Below the pieces are notes generated by a model, which was not told the DNA's origin, searched no databases, and worked only from the letters and a program-made list of their open reading frames with translations. Source: Eledone cirrhosa (Eukaryota). Taken from it: 64,000 bases of DNA. Positions 57,265 through 64,000 of this stretch are shown one piece after another (positions within the stretch are counted from its first letter, which is position 1; each line of letters begins with the position of its first letter). Location: positions 227,974,001 to 228,038,000 of the forward strand of contig OZ024742.1 in assembly GCA_964016885.1 (NCBI GenBank). Reading direction: 5' to 3'. The translations under genes were made by a program, and so were the position numbers.

Positions 57265-57763
57265 ACAGCTGCATAAAAAGGTGCAGAGCACTAAAAGTTG
57301 ATGGAAACCGCGGAGTGGGGAGACCCAAGATGACCTGGGATGAGGTAATAAAAGCCGACCTTACCCAATTACACCTCTCAAAGACAATGACACACGACCG
57401 TGACTTCTGGCGTCACGCAGTAATACAGAGTACCCGACCTCCCATGGGTACATGCTGAAGCATATAGACAATATGCCCCCACACCCCCACCGCAAGGTGG
57501 GCGTAGGTGCCACGGCAAAAAAGCACCCAGCCCACACTGTAAAGTGGACGTGTAGGCGCCACGAAAAAGCACCCAGCACTCACTGTAAATGAGGTTGGTG
57601 TTAGGAAGGGTATCCAGCTGTAGAAATCAAGCCAGATCAGTTCCTGTATGAGCAAGGCATGGTCAGCCGACTAGACACTGCACACAACAGGACAACCCGT
57701 CTAACCCATGCTAGCGTGGAAGAACGGACGTAAAACGGTGATGATGATGATGATGATGATGAT
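57265..57763 (+). mobile_element. RTE family B 3' end
   Basis: SCIKRCRAL...TRPPMGTC*, 3' UTR and (GAT)n. Confidence 0.92.
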
Positions 57764-57963
57764 ATATATACATATATATATACATATATATACATATATA
57801 TATATACATATATATATACATATATATATATACATATACATATATATATATACATATATATATATACATATATATACATATATATATACATATATATATA
57901 CATATATATACATATATATATACATATATATATACATATATATATACATATATATACATATAT

Positions 57964-58119
57964 AATAAAGTTAAATAAAAGTCAAATGATTAAAATTTAG
58001 CTTCGTTTATTACTGCTATATATATTTCAGTGACAGCCATCTTTGGCTGTCACTGAAATATATATAGCAGTAATAAACGAAGCTAAATTTTAATCATTTG
58101 ACTTTTATTTAACTTTATT
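57964..58119. repeat. Perfect 76-bp-arm palindrome
   Basis: 57964-58039 is the reverse complement of 58044-58119, with loop TCTT. Confidence 0.92.
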
Positions 58120-58380
58120 TTACACTACTCCGGAGTAACCAAACCAACCTGCGCACTTCGTCGAGTGCTCCAGCCTGCATACTGAGGTGTTGGTATACAA
58201 CCAACATAAACTCAAATCTATATATACATATATATATATATATACATATACAGATATATATATACATATATATATACATATATACATATATATATACACG
58301 ATATATATACATAAATATATATATACATATATATATATATACATATATATACATATACATATATTTATACATATATATAT

Positions 58381-58545
58381 ATCATCATTTCATTTTACGT
58401 CCACTTTTCCCTGCTTGCAAGGGTGAGACGGGAACTGATTCTGGCTTGATTTCTACAGCTGGATGCCCTTCCTAACACCAACCTCATTTACAGTGAGTGC
58501 TGGGTGCTTTTTTGCCGTGGCACCTCCACGACCACTTTGCAGTGG
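58381..58545 (-). mobile_element. Chimeric RTE 3' end (family B UTR plus family C terminus)
   Basis: 58381-58431 matches the family C end and 58432-58545 matches the family B UTR. Confidence 0.75.
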
Positions 58546-58559
58546 AATGATAGGGACTG

Positions 58560-58715
58560 GGGTCCCTATCATCTCATTTCTACAGGTGAGTAAACTGGAG
58601 CAATATGAAATAAAGTGCCTTGCTCAAGGAAACAACACATCACCCGGTCTGAGAATTGAACTCACAACCTTTCGATTGCAAGGCCAGTGCTCTAACCACT
58701 AAGCCATGTGCCTCC
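58560..58715 (-). mobile_element. tRNA-derived SINE 5' part
   Basis: A box TGGCTTAGTGG, B box GTTCAATTC and CCTTGAGCAAGGCACTT. Related to 31364-31596. Confidence 0.72.
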
Positions 58716-58777
58716 ATGTATATACATATATTTATACATATATATATACATATATTTATACACATATATATATATAC

Positions 58778-60571
58778 AAATTAATCGACCAGGTTATGAA
58801 GGTCACGGAAAAAGTAACAGTGCAACTAATCAGAGAGAGAATCGATCTAGATGAAATGCAGTTCGGGTTTGTGTCAGGCAAAAGTACCACAGACGCTCTT
58901 TTCATTGTACGACAACTACAGGAGAAGTACCTAGCTAAAAGTAAACCCCTATACTTAGCCTTTGTCGACTTGGAGAAAGCCTTCGACAGAGTCCCCCGTT
59001 CCATTATCTGGTGGGCTCTTAGAAAACTAGGTGTTGATGAATGGCTTGTGAGAGCTATACATAAAGAAACAGTCAGCAAGGTTAGAATTAACAACGAATA
59101 TAGTGAAGAGTTTAGCGTAAAAGTTGGTGTCCATCAGGGCTCTGTTCTTAGCCCCCTACTATTTATTATTGCCCTTCAGGCTATAACAGAGGAGTTCAAG
59201 ACCGGCTGCCCATGGGAACTCCTATACGCAGATGATCTAACGCTCATAGCTGAATCAATGGCCGAGCTAGAGAAGAAATTCCAAACATGGAAGCACGGCC
59301 TAGAATCAAAAGGCCTTAAAATTAACCTGGCTAAGACTAAAGTTCTAGTTTGTAGGAAAGAAAATAAGGCGGCGGTCCCTTCCGGGAAATGGCCAAGCTC
59401 AGTGTGTAGGAAAGGCGTAGGTAGAAACTCCATTTTATGTCCCAAATGTAAAGTATGGGTGCATAAAAGATGTAGTGGGATCACAGGTAAGCTAACTAAG
59501 AACACAGATTTTATATGTGGCCGGTGCTCTGGTGCAATAAGTAGCAGCAAGTGCCCACAAAATACTAGCTCTTTCAACTGCGCAGAGGGTTCTATAGAAA
59601 TAGTGGACAGCTTCCGTTACCTGGGTGACAAAATCAGCAGTGGGGGAGGGTGCTCTGAAAGTACAGTAGCTAGAGTCAGAACTGGATGGAAAAAGTTCAG
59701 AGAGCTTATACCACTATTAGCCGCTAAAGGGTTCTCCCTAAAAATGAAAGGCAGGTTGTATGATGCCTGCATACGAACAGCAATGTTGCATGGCAGTGAG
59801 ACCTGGGCATTGTGTGCAGAGGATATACGCAGACTACGTATATTACTATTACACATCCGCTGGATGTGTAATAGTAATATACGTGAACGGCAAAGCATAA
59901 ACGAACTAAGGAAAAAATTAGAAATAAGAGGGATCAGATGTTGTTTACTCGAGAGAAGGCTACGTTGGTATTGACACGTGCTGCGCATGAAAGTCGATAG
60001 CTGTATAACAAAGTGCAGGGCAATAAAGATAGACGGTAGCCACGGAATAGGCAGACCTAGAAAAACCTGGTACGAGCTGATAAACTCCGACCTCACACAC
60101 TTACACCTCTCCAAGACAATGTCACTGGACCGAGACCTTTGGCAGTACTCAGTAATAGAGAAGACCCGCCTTACCTAAATACATAGTAAAACCTACTACA
60201 GCCAGTAGGCATCTCTAACAAAATAGACCCCGTCCCACCACCCCCACCCCATCCACACCACCCCCTTCTATGTAAAGTTATGTTGGTGCCACACCATCCA
60301 GGCCGAAACAAATGAAATCGTGTAGGTGTCACGACAAAAAAACACACAGTTCACGCTGTAATGTGGCCGTGTAGGCAACACGGTAAAAACCTCCCAGACC
60401 CACACTGTAAATGTGGTTGGTGTTAGGAAGGGCATCCAACTGTAGAAAACCTGCCAGACAGTCCTGTGCGAGCAAGACAATCACTCTTGCCTCAAGTGGG
60501 AATACCCCCGTCCAAACCCATGCAAGCGTGGAACACGGACGTTAAACGTTGATGATGATGATGATGATGAT
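58778..60571 (+). mobile_element. RTE family A, 5'-truncated, disabled
   Basis: KLIDQVMK...YADD... with a premature TGA at 59972-59974, a micro-inversion at 59836-59858, a full 3' UTR and (GAT)n. Confidence 0.93.
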
Positions 60572-60592
60572 ATATACATATACATATATATA

Positions 60593-61865
60593 CGAGAGGG
60601 GATCAAAAAGTTATCAGAATTTTATCGTAGTCAGAAAAAATAGGTTAAAACAATATTAAAACATGTCACAACATTGTCACTGGGTGTTTACCTTGCTATT
60701 AGTCACTTGCACTCAGTTATGCGCAGACTATGGTACAGTACTGACACTCTTTAAAAAACCTCTTTTTGGAACAATGGAAAATAGTTATTTTGAGATAAGA
60801 TCGAATATCAAGTTTCTGGTGAAACTCAAATGGAAAGGGACACAGATTATGGAGGCTTTAGTTAGAGTTTACGGTACTACTGCTCCAAAGAAAACTGCTG
60901 TCTACAAGTGGATTCAGCGATTCAAACAAGGGAGAGACGACCTTGAAGACGACCATCGCAGTGGAAGACCAGGAACATCAAAAAATGACCAAAACGTTGA
61001 GGCTGCTCAGAGTTTAATTGAAAAAGATCGAAGAATACAGTTTATCAGTTAGCTAAGTCCCTAGACATTTCATATGGTTCGGCAAATTCAATTCTGCACG
61101 ATAATTTGGGACTAAGCAAGCTTTCAGCGCAATGGGTCCCAAAAGCGTTGCGCCCTGATCAGCTGATTCTTCGAAGTGATCTGTCTTTGGCGATATTAAA
61201 CAAAATTGAAGTTGATGAAGAGCATTTCCTGACCAGAATCATCACCGGAGATGAAACCTGGATCTACCAGTATGATCCTGAATCCAAACAGCAGTCAAAA
61301 CAGTGGCTTCCACGTGGATCATCAGGGCCAATCAAGTTCAAATCTCAAAAGTCGGATCAAAAAGTGATGGCCACCATTTTCTGGGATTCAGATGGGGTGA
61401 TACTAATAGATTATCTTGAAGGTCAAAGAACTGTGACAGGAGCTTACTATGCAAATGTTTTAAGGAAGCTGAAGAGGCATTAGTCAAGAAACGAAAAGGG
61501 AAACATCATGGTGGGATCTTGTTTGATCATGACAATGCACCAGCGCATTCTGCGCGGGTTGCAAAAGAAGTTCTTTGAGAATTTCGATGGGAAGTGCTTC
61601 CTCACCCGCCTTATAGTTCAGATTTAGCCCCATCAGACTTTTTCCTCTTTCCAAAACTCAAAGAAATGCTAAAAGGAACCCATTTTAGTGGTGTTGAAGA
61701 AGCTAAAAACGCTGCCAACACATGGCTTCGAACAGGCCTTCAACTTTCTTTAGAGACGGCTGACGGAGTTGGAAGCATCGCCTGTGAAGTGTATTGACCT
61801 GGATGGCAACTAGTGTGAATTATGTATGGGTTGGATTTGATACGCGTAGGGTTGATCACCCCTCG
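60593..61865 (+). mobile_element. Defective mariner (D,D34D) transposon, 1273 bp
   Basis: TA-flanked imperfect TIRs CGAGAGGGGATCAA / TTGATCACCCCTCG. Transposase from ~60774 has RSGRP, WVPKAL, TGDETW, HDNAPAH and HPPYSSDLAPSDF, with frameshifts and stops. Confidence 0.92.

Positions 61866-64000
<2,135 letters not shown>

Overview
This window is AT-rich, repeat-saturated eukaryotic DNA. The SINE and RTE repertoire resembles coleoid cephalopod (Octopus-like) DNA, which is an inference from recalled motifs, not a search. I see no confident host gene. The first ~19 kb holds old decayed elements: RTE LINEs, non-autonomous Helitrons, a Helitron Rep relic, a Tigger-like MITE, tRNA-SINEs and Penelope relics. 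From ~21 to 64 kb a strand-polarised (TA)n/(TACA)n microsatellite is split by many young insertions. These include three families of 5'-truncated (GAT)n-tailed RTE LINEs whose ORF carries a PHD-type C4HC3 finger inside the RT C-terminal region, a near-intact partially tandem Penelope-like element (RT + GIY-YIG) with hammerhead ribozymes, and a defective mariner. There are also several fold-back palindromes tied to hammerhead motifs, and four copies of an unclassified ~608-bp non-coding, structured element that sits only inside (TA)n. Most long ORFs in the supplied track are microsatellite artefacts.
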